Of a stretch of 64,000 bases of DNA, positions 19,874 to 32,000 are shown in pieces. The notes under the pieces were generated by a model that was not told where the DNA came from, searched no databases, and saw only the letters and a list, made by a program, of their open reading frames with translations. The position numbers and the translations under genes were made by a program. How positions within the stretch are numbered: position 1 is the stretch's first letter; every line of letters starts with the position of its first letter. The stretch covers positions 12,201 to 76,200 of IMG/VR virus record IMGVR_UViG_3300035507_000199; one strand, written 5' to 3'. Source of the DNA: a virus. Its lineage: Duplodnaviria > Caudoviricetes.

Positions 19874-22800
19874 TTAACTTTGTTTTTTAAATTCAACTCC
19901 AGTAATTTCTAAAGATATATCTCCAGAAGCATTCTCACTACCATCTAAAGTAACTTCTTGACTGCCAGTCCCTTCAATTTTTAATCCAGTAGAGCTAATT
20001 AAGTCATAAACATCTACAGTCTTTTCTGTTCCAATTATATTTACTGTAGTAGCGCTACTATATGTATACGCTGGAGTATTAGTTGAAAAACTTTCACCAA
20101 CTTTTAAGTTGTGTGAATATCCATTTTCTACTATTGTGCAATAATCTTCTCCTATATAAGTGCATTTTATAGAAATGCTTTTTTGCGTCATACCTGTATA
20201 ACGAGTTATTGAAGCTCCTTTAGTATAATAAGTTTTTTGAGAATCTGATTTAGTATAATAATCACCTTTAAAAGTTCCTTTCATAGTTATATTAAACTTT
20301 TTTTTTAAGTCATCTAAGAAAGCTAAAGCCCCTAATGTTTTACCATTAAAAGTCACATTAGCCTTATCTGGTAAAGCACAAGATAAGGCTCCACTTGCCG
20401 CTAAAGTTCCGCCACTATATACTGTTAATTTTGAAGCTCCGACTTCTCCTCCTGCAGGAGTCAATAAATTTGGTGCTTGAACAACTCCACCACCTATTGA
20501 AATACTATCTGATCCAATTGTTAAACCATTAGAATTTAAAGTAATATCTGATCCAATTGTTAGTCCGGTTGATGATAATGTTACATCTGATCCAATTGTT
20601 AATTGACTTGAAGTTAAAGATGTTCCGCCCTTCATGCTTAATCCGCTACTACTTAATGACCAAGGACCTATTGTTCCAGCTGTTGCATTAATATTATTAA
20701 AAGTTGCAAGACCTTCTTTGGTAACACTCCAACTGTTTCCTGTTATTTTTCCTTTTAAATCCATATCACCAGTAACTGTTAAACTTCCTGAAATTTTTGT
20801 AGTGCCTGCTAAATTAGAAGTTCCATTTACAAGTAAAGTATATTGATTATTATTAGGGGCTGTTCTAATCAATAAATCTGGAGTACCTGAAGTATCTGAA
20901 ACACTAAACCCAGATTTTCCTAAATAAACTCCTAAACCACCCAATGAAGCACTATTTGTCCAAAGCTTATCTGAATCAAAATAGAAAGGTCCAATCTGTC
21001 CACCTGTAGTAGCAGCAATATAAGAAGCTGATATTCTTCCACTCCATGAAATTTTAAAATAAGGGCCAATCTTTAATGGATATTGACTTGCTCCACTATC
21101 GATTATTATATAGCCTTCTTCAGTTTTTGTTTCATTATTTTCTGTAACTGTAAAAGTTCTTCCAGAAGCATCAATCTTAAAATCATAAGATTTAAGAATT
21201 CCAGTCTTCATATTTAAACAAGTTCCAGTTTTATAACTTGAACTCCAATTTTGAGATTTTAAAGTAAAATTATTTGTAGTGATATTTACTAAATCAACAG
21301 TTGCTGCTGTGGTTTCTTTCAAAATATAATAAGCAACATCGCCTTTAGACTCATTCGCTTGCACAAAATCTCCATTTTCATCTATATAATAGTAAGTCTT
21401 ATCAGATGACCATGTAGAAGAATCCCATTTATAATAAGATTGTCCACTATTTTTATAATAGATTTTAAAAAATGGACTTCCACTACTATCCATTTGAATA
21501 TAAGATCCTGCATAATTTCCAGTTGATTGAATAGCTTTAATCGAAAAATCATAAGCAGTTATTTTGCCACCAGTTAAACTTAATTGAACTCCTGATCCAT
21601 TTTTATCTGTCGTTTCTTGTTGCCAATTTTGACTTTGAATAATAAACTCTTTTTTTCCAATATACATTAATTTAAGATCTCTTAAAACCTTATTATCTTC
21701 AGTATATTTTTGATAAACTTCTAAATAAGGATTTCCATCACTGGCGATTTTTACGTATGAACCAGCATATTCACCTTCTGTTTCTTTGGTAAAAAATTCA
21801 AAATTATAACCAGTTAATTTACTTCTACTTAAATCAAATCTAACTCCTGCTTCAGAACCAGATGTTGAACAAAAATCATCTGTTTGAATATACATGTTTG
21901 TAGAAGATATATTAATTAGCTTATTTCCATTACAACTTTGAACTAGAAAATATGGATTACCATAAGTATTATCATTCTCATCTGCACTTGGAGTTGGATC
22001 TATTTTAATCATTGCTTGACTAGTTTTTTCAATCTCTTTTCCAGACTCTTCATCCCAACTAAAGCTTATTGTTTCAGAAAATTTTGGTCCTTTAGAGATA
22101 AGAATTCCAGTATTAAGATCAATTTTCATTCCTTCAGAATTACTTTCATAATTCTGACTTTGAATATATCCTTCATTACCATCAATCTTAATTCTTCCTT
22201 TTCCAGATTTTCCTAAAAAAGCAGTTCCATCTATTAAGAATCCAAAAGATTGCGCGCCCTCATGGTATCCATAAAGCCCAATCTTTGATGCAGAACTATC
22301 AGCTAAAGAAGCCTTGCCCATCAGAACCCCATTAAATTGGTTCTGCTCATTTTTTTCTCCAGCTCCTATCATTGCTGATAATATTGTACCATTATCTTCG
22401 TCAAAAGTCAAACTACCATCCCAAGAGTTTAGCATTAAAGAGGAATAAGTATTTTGATGAATGTAAATTGGTTGTGTCCAAAGAATATTCTCAGCACTTC
22501 CGCCTTCAGTTGCATCAATAGAAAATCTAACATCATTACCTTGAATATACATTGATGGAACAGTAATAATTCCATCTATCGAAACTTGTGGATAATATCT
22601 TTCATCAAAATTTGAATCTCCACTAAAAGTTCTCCAATAAACATTTTCGCTATAAGGTGTTGATCGACCTTCTTCATATTTATATAATTGATATTTATTT
22701 TTATAATAACTTGGATTTACACCAGAAGAATCATAAGCGATTTCAGTCGTTCCGTCAAAAGTAATAAAATCATCTGAGCTTCTTACCGCGATTGGTAAAA

Positions 22801-25800
22801 TTGTACTTAAGCGAACATTCACAGTAGAAGTCTCTGTAATTTCATTTCCTTCTTCATCAACACCCGTTGTATCTTTTTTAGTAACACTTTGAACTAATTG
22901 GTTTGTTTTTGCTTTTAAAATATAATAACGACAATTTGAAATACTTGCCCCATCCACAGTAGAAATAACACAATTATTTCCGCTTGAAGTTTCCATTTTT
23001 AGTCCGCCATTACCTTCAGAATACCAACTAAAATCAAATCCATCTGTGAAAGTTGAAGTAATGTCATTATTTTCATTATCATAGACCTTCGGAACTACCG
23101 TTACACTCTTTCCATGAGTAAGAGCTAAACTTTTGTCTTCAAATTCAAGAGTAAAAGTATAATCAGTTCCATTCGTTCCATGAGGTCCAAAAGTCAAAGT
23201 CGTTTCAGCAGAATAAGTTACATTATTCTTTATAACTTCACATTTAATTGTATTATTGATTGCGCTTTGACTATATTGAGTTTTAATTCTAAATAATTGC
23301 TCTGTTGAGTCTGCCTCTTCAAGTCCTGGCTTTTTACCAACCTTTTCAGTTCCTCTTCGAGTAATTTTAAAATAGCCATTTTCCTCTGAGATAATTAAAT
23401 CTTTTTCATCTAATTGAACATAATATCTAGTTAATGGCGAATAGCTATCACTTTTTTCAACTTTTGCATATTTGCTATCTTCATCATCTTTGCTTGATAA
23501 AAGAACACCATTTATTGTCTTAGTATATAATTGTTCTGGATAAGCTTTAAATTCATCTTCATCTGCAACATTAACCATTTTATAATAATCGTACTCATAT
23601 CCAAGTGTTGGCGGATATATCATAGTATTTTCTGTTGGAATATACCAAGTAATTTGCTCTGCGGTATCCAGCTCATCTTCACCAGATATTAAAGAAGTAT
23701 AAGTTGCAGTTAATGTTCTTAATTTGCTTCCTTCAGAGGAAGACATTATTTTTCCGGTATCATCATAGATTTTATAATTACCATTATAGCCTGCGGTATC
23801 GCATTCAATCGCCAAGCCTCTAATTAAATCTATTGTTGCTTTATCAGCAACTTTTTGTTCATTCGTTAAAATTAAAACATCAGATTCGTAATAATTAACC
23901 ATTCCATCTAACTCAGCTTCTTTGCTTTCATATTCAGTTATGGCATTATTCATTTCTTCCGTTGTATAAGGCTTACCTATAAAATATAAATCAACCCCAA
24001 CTAAATAATTATAAGATTTAGAAGATTCAACATAAACTTCTGCAATTTTTAATTCTGCGTCATGTTGATTATTTAGATCATTTAATTTTTTTGCTTTTTC
24101 TCCACTTAAATTATTGCCAGCCGCAATTAAATTATCATAATAAGTATTAAGATCAGCTACTTCTGTGTTCTGCTGATCTTTAAGATTTTGCGCACTTGAA
24201 TTAATTTTGTCTCTGTTTATTACGCTTGCATTTGAACCGTCTTGTTTTCCAAAACCTAAATTCTTCAATAAATCATTTGCGATATCTTCTGATGTACAGA
24301 CTTGATTCATAATATCTACTAAAAGTAAAATATTATCTGAGCCTAAATCTAGAATTCTTTGTCCTTCAGATAAGCCATTAATTGCAGCTAAAAGGCTACT
24401 TACCTTTTCTTTTAATTTTTTAAGCTCTGTATCATTTGAATCGCCAACTATTTCATCAAGAGTAGTTGCGCCTTCTTTACAAAGATTATAAAGAAAAAGT
24501 TCATTTCCTTGCCGCATACTTCCATAGCGCAATAATGTTTCATCAATACTCTTTAAGAATTCAACATACTCTCTTGAAGGGTATTCAAGAATGGCTTTTA
24601 CTCTTTCATACTGTTCAGTAATATCAGGATCAAATAAAATAGAAAATTTATTTTTCGCTTCTTCCATTTCTTGATAAAAAGCCCCTGCTAACTCATCTTC
24701 AACTCCATTAGCGAGCTTATAACGATACCAATGGATAATTCCTTTTTGAGTAATACCGTTTGTTTCATTTTCTGGATAATCTGATTCTGGAATAGTCTCT
24801 AATGATTTAAAAACTTCAGTATTTTCATCTAAATGAATCCATCTTAATTGAAGTGTTTTTCTGTTCACGTTCTCTGTTAAATATTTATTCACTTCTTCTG
24901 GATTATTTAAATCTAGTTTTAAAAATTCATTTTCTTCTTTAGTTAAAAATTCATATTCTATTTCATTGTCTTCTGTTGCTTCTTCATCAATAGATTCTAG
25001 TTCATCTTCTGTTTCCTCTTCTTCTTTTTTATTTTCTTCAATTTTCTTTTGAATTCTATTTTGAAGAGTAGTTAAATCCGTTCCATAAGTCTCAGAATCT
25101 AAAGTAAATAACATTAAAGTATCTTCTGTAAAATCACTTAAATCATAACCTACACTAATATAGGCATCTTGAATAAAAAGATTATCTGGCAAATCCATTT
25201 TTAAATCACTATCATAATTTGGAATTAATTCTTTATCACCATTATAAAAATCACTGTTTTGATAAAAAACAACTCGCATTGTATCAATAGTACCTAATCC
25301 AGATATATCAACAACTTTTTCTTGATTATAAAAAGTTTCAAAATTGTATGGACTACCATACATATCTGATTCTGAATCAAGATTAAAAGAATAATATTTA
25401 TATTTATTAGTTTCTTGAGTTGTATTATTCTCAACAACTCTTATATCAACTCGTAATCCATAAGAACCAGAAATACAATTCATAGAATTAAGCCAAGCTT
25501 TAAAATTAGCTTTAATACCTAATCTGTCATAATCCTTTAAATTTAAATCTTTTGCACTCCAAATTGTTATTCCTGCACGATCTCCATTAGCTAATAAACT
25601 AGCTTCTTGAGATCCTTCTTCAATCAAATTATGAGTTATATCTATGTACGTTTCCATTGGGGAAACATAAGTAAAATATTCTGTATCATCGCTGGTACAT
25701 TTACCAACAATCATTTTTTGTTCATTAAAATCTCCATTTGGAATATTTACATAAACATAAATGCCCTCTTGGTAATCAGTGTTTTCTGAATATGCTTTAT

Positions 25801-25972
25801 AGCTAGATGCGCCATCTGAGACTATATATTCTCCTTTTTCGGCATTATCAGTATTTACAATAGAGCACTTTATTGTTCTGTCATAAGGTAATGCTTCTAA
25901 TTGTTTTGCAACTATAACATCAACACTTTTAAATAAATTATCCACTAATTCTGAATAATCTTTAACTGCCAT
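19874..25972 (-). CDS. Large tail protein (central spike/fibre-like, 2032 aa)
   Basis: First gene after tape measure; C-terminal Gly/Ser-rich beta repeats including a 13-aa LTIGSD repeat (39-bp period at 20507/20546/20585) and repeated IQSQNW..G..L..G.I..YDF units. Confidence 0.6.
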   Translation of the reverse strand: MAVKDYSELVDNLFKSVDVIVAKQLEALPYDRTIKCSIVNTDNAEKGEYIVSDGASSYKAYSENTDYQEGIYVYVNIPNGDFNEQKMIVGKCTSDDTEYFTYVSPMETYIDITHNLIEEGSQEASLLANGDRAGITIWSAKDLNLKDYDRLGIKANFKAWLNSMNCISGSYGLRVDIRVVENNTTQETNKYKYYSFNLDSESDMYGSPYNFETFYNQEKVVDISGLGTIDTMRVVFYQNSDFYNGDKELIPNYDSDLKMDLPDNLFIQDAYISVGYDLSDFTEDTLMLFTLDSETYGTDLTTLQNRIQKKIEENKKEEEETEDELESIDEEATEDNEIEYEFLTKEENEFLKLDLNNPEEVNKYLTENVNRKTLQLRWIHLDENTEVFKSLETIPESDYPENETNGITQKGIIHWYRYKLANGVEDELAGAFYQEMEEAKNKFSILFDPDITEQYERVKAILEYPSREYVEFLKSIDETLLRYGSMRQGNELFLYNLCKEGATTLDEIVGDSNDTELKKLKEKVSSLLAAINGLSEGQRILDLGSDNILLLVDIMNQVCTSEDIANDLLKNLGFGKQDGSNASVINRDKINSSAQNLKDQQNTEVADLNTYYDNLIAAGNNLSGEKAKKLNDLNNQHDAELKIAEVYVESSKSYNYLVGVDLYFIGKPYTTEEMNNAITEYESKEAELDGMVNYYESDVLILTNEQKVADKATIDLIRGLAIECDTAGYNGNYKIYDDTGKIMSSSEGSKLRTLTATYTSLISGEDELDTAEQITWYIPTENTMIYPPTLGYEYDYYKMVNVADEDEFKAYPEQLYTKTINGVLLSSKDDEDSKYAKVEKSDSYSPLTRYYVQLDEKDLIISEENGYFKITRRGTEKVGKKPGLEEADSTEQLFRIKTQYSQSAINNTIKCEVIKNNVTYSAETTLTFGPHGTNGTDYTFTLEFEDKSLALTHGKSVTVVPKVYDNENNDITSTFTDGFDFSWYSEGNGGLKMETSSGNNCVISTVDGASISNCRYYILKAKTNQLVQSVTKKDTTGVDEEGNEITETSTVNVRLSTILPIAVRSSDDFITFDGTTEIAYDSSGVNPSYYKNKYQLYKYEEGRSTPYSENVYWRTFSGDSNFDERYYPQVSIDGIITVPSMYIQGNDVRFSIDATEGGSAENILWTQPIYIHQNTYSSLMLNSWDGSLTFDEDNGTILSAMIGAGEKNEQNQFNGVLMGKASLADSSASKIGLYGYHEGAQSFGFLIDGTAFLGKSGKGRIKIDGNEGYIQSQNYESNSEGMKIDLNTGILISKGPKFSETISFSWDEESGKEIEKTSQAMIKIDPTPSADENDNTYGNPYFLVQSCNGNKLINISSTNMYIQTDDFCSTSGSEAGVRFDLSRSKLTGYNFEFFTKETEGEYAGSYVKIASDGNPYLEVYQKYTEDNKVLRDLKLMYIGKKEFIIQSQNWQQETTDKNGSGVQLSLTGGKITAYDFSIKAIQSTGNYAGSYIQMDSSGSPFFKIYYKNSGQSYYKWDSSTWSSDKTYYYIDENGDFVQANESKGDVAYYILKETTAATVDLVNITTNNFTLKSQNWSSSYKTGTCLNMKTGILKSYDFKIDASGRTFTVTENNETKTEEGYIIIDSGASQYPLKIGPYFKISWSGRISASYIAATTGGQIGPFYFDSDKLWTNSASLGGLGVYLGKSGFSVSDTSGTPDLLIRTAPNNNQYTLLVNGTSNLAGTTKISGSLTVTGDMDLKGKITGNSWSVTKEGLATFNNINATAGTIGPWSLSSSGLSMKGGTSLTSSQLTIGSDVTLSSTGLTIGSDITLNSNGLTIGSDSISIGGGVVQAPNLLTPAGGEVGASKLTVYSGGTLAASGALSCALPDKANVTFNGKTLGALAFLDDLKKKFNITMKGTFKGDYYTKSDSQKTYYTKGASITRYTGMTQKSISIKCTYIGEDYCTIVENGYSHNLKVGESFSTNTPAYTYSSATTVNIIGTEKTVDVYDLISSTGLKIEGTGSQEVTLDGSENASGDISLEITGVEFKKQS

Positions 25973-25998
25973 TTAAGGGCCTCCTTTCTCTCACTTCT

Positions 25999-26027
25999 AT
26001 TATACCTAAAAATTTTCGCAAAGTCAA
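25999..26027 (-). promoter_or_regulatory. Sigma-A-type promoter upstream of the 2032-aa tail gene
   Basis: TTGACT-N17-TATAAT on the minus strand. Confidence 0.7.
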
Positions 26028-26048
26028 TTAATTTTAATTGGCCAAAAC

Positions 26049-26078
26049 AAAAAATAGGGTGGAATAAATCCACCCTAT
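26049..26078 (-). terminator. Intrinsic terminator after tape measure gene
   Basis: Stem ATAGGGTGGA/TCCACCCTAT plus U-tract. Confidence 0.75.
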
Positions 26079-26082
26079 ATTT

Positions 26083-29000
26083 TTATTTACGATTTGCATA
26101 TTGAGATGCAAGATTTATAACATTATCAAAAGCTTCTAAGATTTCATCTTTATTAGTTGCATTCGGGAATTCGGCAGTTATATGAACTTCCTGTTCTAGA
26201 GTTTGATCACTAGTTTTTCCAATAGAAGCAGCTAATATTTGACCTAAGCCGCCACTCGCAGACATCGCATTTAAATCAATTAAATTTGAAATTTCACGAA
26301 CCATATTAATTGCATTTAAGAAGTTTTCAGTATCATCTGCGTTAAGAACAATTTCCTTTTGGTGTAACATTGCAAATTTACCTTCATTACTTCCCCATTC
26401 TCCTGTATATCCACCAGTATCAAACTTACTATAATAGTATTGTTTTAATTTGCTTCTCTTACTTGCCCATTCTTTATAAATGTCTCCATTTGCGGCATGA
26501 GCATTGATATAAGATTGAATCTCAGATCCTTTTGAACCAAATTTTTCTTTAAACCTTTTAGCTCGATATGGATCATTGCCCCAACCAGAAGCATCTCCGC
26601 CATCCATCCAGATAGCAGCTGCGATACCTTTCTTTATTGCATTTGTAAGCTTTTTACCTTTTTCATCATCAGAATTGCCTTTTCCATCATCTCCTGTTCC
26701 ACCAGTTTCTCCTCCAGTTCCGCCGGTTTCACCACCTGTTCCACCAGTATCAGTTTGAACTGTATCATTTTTAGTTTCAACCTGATTCCAAGAGGCCAAT
26801 AACGCATTAAATGATGCAACAAGCGCTTCATTCTTAGCAAGAATTTCATCAATGGTTTTACTGTAATTAGATTGGAAAGTTTCTACTTTATCTATTATTC
26901 CTTGGAAATCTTCTTCTGCTTGTTCAGCGGTTTCTGAAATACTGTCTTTAAGGGCTTCAGATTCCTCTTGTACCTCATCTAAATCTTCACTCATCTGTTT
27001 ATCAAATGCATCTGCGTCGTAACCCATTTGAGTTAAGTCATCTTGTATATTACTAGCATATTCTGCTGAAGCATCAGCCGCAGTTAAATACATATCTTTA
27101 GCAGATTGTACATAAGCATCTTGATATTCTTCTAATCTTCCATATCCAGTAGCAATAGATAGTTGAGTTTGACTAAAATCTTCAATATAATCTTCATCTG
27201 CAAGAGCTTTATTATCTGTCGCTTTTGCATAAGTAGCAACATCATCCTCATATAATTCTTTGTTATTTTCAATAACAATGCCCATTTGCTCAGAAGTATA
27301 TCTATTTTTTTCTGCATAATAAGCTTGTAATTCAGCTGCCGCCTTATTAAAGCCTTCTACATCGCCTTGATATTCATCTGCTAAACTAGCTAAAGCATCT
27401 GCTTCTTCTTGTCTAAGTTGAATCATTTGCTCTTGAAGAGTATTTATATAGTCTGCGTTTAATTGTTGCATTTCATATAATTTATCTTCATAATTTTGTT
27501 CAGCGTCTTCTACCTGAGAATCATCAGCAGTATAAACATATCCGTAATTACCTTCGGAATCTTGCGTTAAACGAACTTGACTTTTTGCATTTTGAGCTTC
27601 TGATAAAGCTAATTCTGCAACTTTCAATTCATATTTCTTTTGAAGATATTCAAGTTCATATTCACTCATTTCAACGCCTTTTTCCTGTTTAGCGTTAATC
27701 TCTTCTAATAATTTATTTAATTCTTTTTTACCTTTAATATTACTTGTATTATCAATACTATTATTTACTTGCCTAGTTAATTTAGTTAATTCATATACTT
27801 TTTGATATTCAGGAATATATTCTTCTTCAATATCTTGACTTCTTTCAAATGATGCTTGTAATTCATCTATATTGCCTGCAAGACCTGCGCAAGCTTCTTT
27901 AAAAGCATCAACTGCGGAAGTGATTTCTTGAACAAACTGCGCAACTGTAAGTTCTGCAATACTGGATTTAGCATCTTCAATATTATCTTCCGTAGTCTCT
28001 AATGCATCATTAGCTGCATCGATTTGCTCTTGAAGTTCTTTAACATTAGTACTATTTTCATTAAAGCCCAGATCGATAAGCTGCTGTTTAGCTTCTTCCA
28101 TCTTTTTGATTTCAGATTCTTGCATTTCTTTTTTAGATACTAATGCATCATATTCATTTTTAGCCTGTAATCTTTGTGTTTCATAAAGCTTATTCATTGT
28201 ATCATTAGAAACACCAAGATTTTTTTGACCATAAATATCCACTAAATTCTTATAAGTTTCAGTTACTTTACCTAATCTTTGAAGCTTATTAATTTGTTTA
28301 TCTAATTTTTCATCATTATCATCAAAAGCTTTTCCAATATCTTCATAAATTTGAGCTTGAATTTGAAGTAAATTATTATTTTCTTCAAGCAATTTAGCAG
28401 TATCACTTTTTAATTGCTCTTTTTGTTCATCAGTCATATTCTCCTGAAGACTTTTCATATCTTCATCGCTCAATGTTTCACCGTTCATTAATTTCTGAAC
28501 TTTTTTATCAACATCCGTTACCCCAGCTTTTGTAAGTGCATCAGTATATGTATCTTCCATATTCTGAGTTACTGCACTAATTGTGCTTAAAGAATTATCT
28601 GCTTCTTTTGATAAAATTGTGATAGCTTCAGCGATGTCATAAATGTCATCTCCTAAATTATTAAGATAATAATCTAATAATTTTAATTCTTCTTCATTAA
28701 CTTCAATTTTTAATTCAAGTTTAGTATTTGTAATTTCTATTATAGTATCATAAGCATCATTAGCAGCATCAGTTAAATTTTGCTCTTCATCTTGTACTTT
28801 TTCAACCGTTTCTTCATATTGAGATAAAAATTTTTGAAAAGCTTCATATTGCGCTTGTGCTTTTTCCCAAGCTAATTTAGCAGCATCATCATCAGTATTA
28901 GATTGAATATATTTCTTTCTAGCCTCTTCAAGTTTTTTATCATTAGCCGCTGTAAGTTCATCGTAATTAGAAATATTATTATTTTCATCATATTGAACTT

Positions 29001-32000
29001 TCATCCCTAAATAGCCTTCAGCACTAGCATTAACTTTATAATCTTTACCATCAACATTAACAGTTGTTGTTCCAGTAGAATCAAGTTTTTTCTTATCTGA
29101 TTTAAGATATTCTTTAGCTTGTTTTAAATATTCTTCTTGAGTTTTAACTATCGCCTGTTGAGTTTTTAATTCATCTTGAAGATTTTTTAATTTAGATTTT
29201 CCAAAAGCACGATCTTTTGCTTTAGAAATGGCATCATACTGCTTTTCTAGGGTAGATAGAGTTTTACTAATTTTATGATAACGCTCTGCACTAGGATCTT
29301 TCTTTTCAGCTGAGTTTCTTCTAGTAGTGCTTCTACTTCCACTGCCGCTTCTACCTCTACTTCGGGTTCCGCTTCCACTGCTTCTTCTACTTCCACCACC
29401 AGCAGATGAGTTATTATATTTAAAATTTCCTCCTGATGACTTATTTGCAGAAGTAACTTTTAATGCAAAAGCAGAAGTTGTATTTTCTTCAGTCCCTGTT
29501 TGAGTTACAGGTTCTGCAGTCTCTTCATAGACTGTAACTGGTAGATCTATATCTTTGGTAGACATCCCATCTCCAGTTCCTACTGGGACAGTTGCAGAGC
29601 CTTTTTCAGTAACAGGATTTAATGTAGAGTTCCATCCAAGTACTTCTTTTGCATCTTCTGTAGTAGTTTCTACTTGTTCAACTTGAGCATCAACACCCAT
29701 ACTTGATAAATAATCAGTAGCTTGTTCAGCAGTCATACCCGCTGCATTAATCATTTGAGTTAAACCATTTAAGAAATCTTCATTATCTAATGAAGCTCCA
29801 ACTTCAAGATCATCAAGTAATTCCTCATTTGCAGTTGCAGCTGTTGATTCAATATAATTTAAATCTTCATCATATTTGCTTGTATCAATTCCGCATTGTA
29901 CTAATATGTCTTTTGCAGCTGCTTCTTGTAACTCTTCATATGCTTCTTCACTGCCATTAGCAGCTTCTTGTAACAATTTAAGATTTTCAGTACTAGTTAA
30001 GAATCCATCTGAAAGTGAACTAGCATCAATATCAAGTAAATCACCATAAGTATTTGCTAATTCTTTTCCAACTTCAGCTTGTTCTTGAAGATCACCAGCC
30101 TCCAATGCCGCCATCCAATCATCATAATTGTCTGCAACATCTTCTAAAGCTGAATTATAACGAAGTAATGATTGAGCAACTTTTTTAACTTGCTTTTCAT
30201 TACTACGCATATCTTTATCTAAACCTTCGATTTCATTATCTGCGTCTTCAATATAATCTACAAGATTCTCAAATTCATCTGTATCAATATCATCGTCTAA
30301 AGTTTCTTGTAAAGATTGAAATAAAGCATTTTGAGTTTCAACACTAAGATTTAATCTTTCTGCGGCATCTTGTAAATCTTCAAAAGTCTTAATTCCTAAC
30401 GAACTTGCTCCACCATATTGTTCAACAAGATTTGCCACGGCTTGTGTTGCTTGTTCAGTAGTTAAAGTTCTTCCTTGAACAGCAGCTTCTAATTCTGGAC
30501 CCATCTTATTTATAACTGCATCTAATTCATTTAATTTAGAAGAATCAAATCCATCTAATGCAGTTAATTCAGCTAATCCATTAACAAGAGTTTCAATACT
30601 AATTGAATTATCTAAAAATGCTTGAGATAAGTCTTCTATTCCAGCTCCATTATTAATAATATCGTTTAAAACAATAGATAATTCTTGAGCAGGAGTAACT
30701 ACATCATTTACATCATCTTGAAGTTTAATCCACTGTAAATCTTGTATTGTTAAATCTTGAGTTTCTTCTTCAATAATTTGTTTCAGTCTTTCTTGTGCAG
30801 CTGTTCGTTCAGCTTCACTTCCAGTTGAAAAAATTGTATCCCAAGAACTTTTAAGTTCATCTAATGATTCAGCCCTAATAATTGCTGCTTCTTTTTCAGC
30901 AATTATTTGTTGCAATACTTGTTCATCATCTGCATTAGTAGAAAAATCATTATATTCTTTAGCCTTATCTGTAGCAGCCTGTTCTGCATCTTTTAATTCT
31001 TGCCACTCTTTAATATCTTCCTCTAACCCTAAAGTGCTTATTTCTTCTTCACTTAAATCACTAATTTCTTTACCATTAGTTTTTTCTTTTATATCATCTT
31101 CTTTAGCATTAGCTTCAGATTCTTTTGAACTAGCCTCTTGCTCATATAAACCAGCAATTTCGTCAGCTGCATCTTTCGCGACATCTCTTTTTTCTTTTAA
31201 GTCGTTTTCTAATCCATCTAAATATTTTTGAAGAGTCTCTTGTTGTTCTTCATATGATTGCTTCATAAAATCATTCAAAGAATCAAAACCATCTTCCCCA
31301 AAAGTTATTCCTGCTTTTTCAGCCCAGTCTAAATAACTCTGTTGATCAGTTCCCATATCTTCGAAATTATCTCCAGAATTATCTCGAACTGCTTGAGTTT
31401 TAACTAATATTGTTTCATAATCAGCTATTTTTTGAGCTTTATCAATTTGATCTTTAACTTGTTTATCAAGATCACCATCTTCATTTATAAGACTTAGATC
31501 TACTTTAAAGAAGTATTCTTTTTGTGCATCATCAAGACTATCATATATATTAGTTAATTCTGTTTGATAAGCTACTAATTCATCATCATCTAAATCTTCT
31601 CCACTAGATTGAATTAACTGTAAAGTAGCTGCATATATATCTGCAAAATTTCCAAGTGAATCATCAGCTGAATATAATTGAGTAACTAAATTTTTTACAA
31701 ATTCATTAAAACTTTCATCATCAAAATCAAAAATTCCAAGATCTTCAGTATCTTCTTTAATTTTATCTGAAACATTTTTTACCATATCTTCAAAAAATGC
31801 TTCGTAATCACTTAAAGTCTTAATCGAAGACGCTTCTTTTTGATTTTCAGGCGTTAAAGAAAGAGCTTCACTAATATTTTCTCCATATTGCTCTTTTAAT
31901 TTTTCTATATTCTCGGCATAATCAGAGTTAGCATCATAAAAAGCAACTAAATCTTGATATTGAGAATCTAATTCTAAATCTGCATCAGAATATTGATCTT

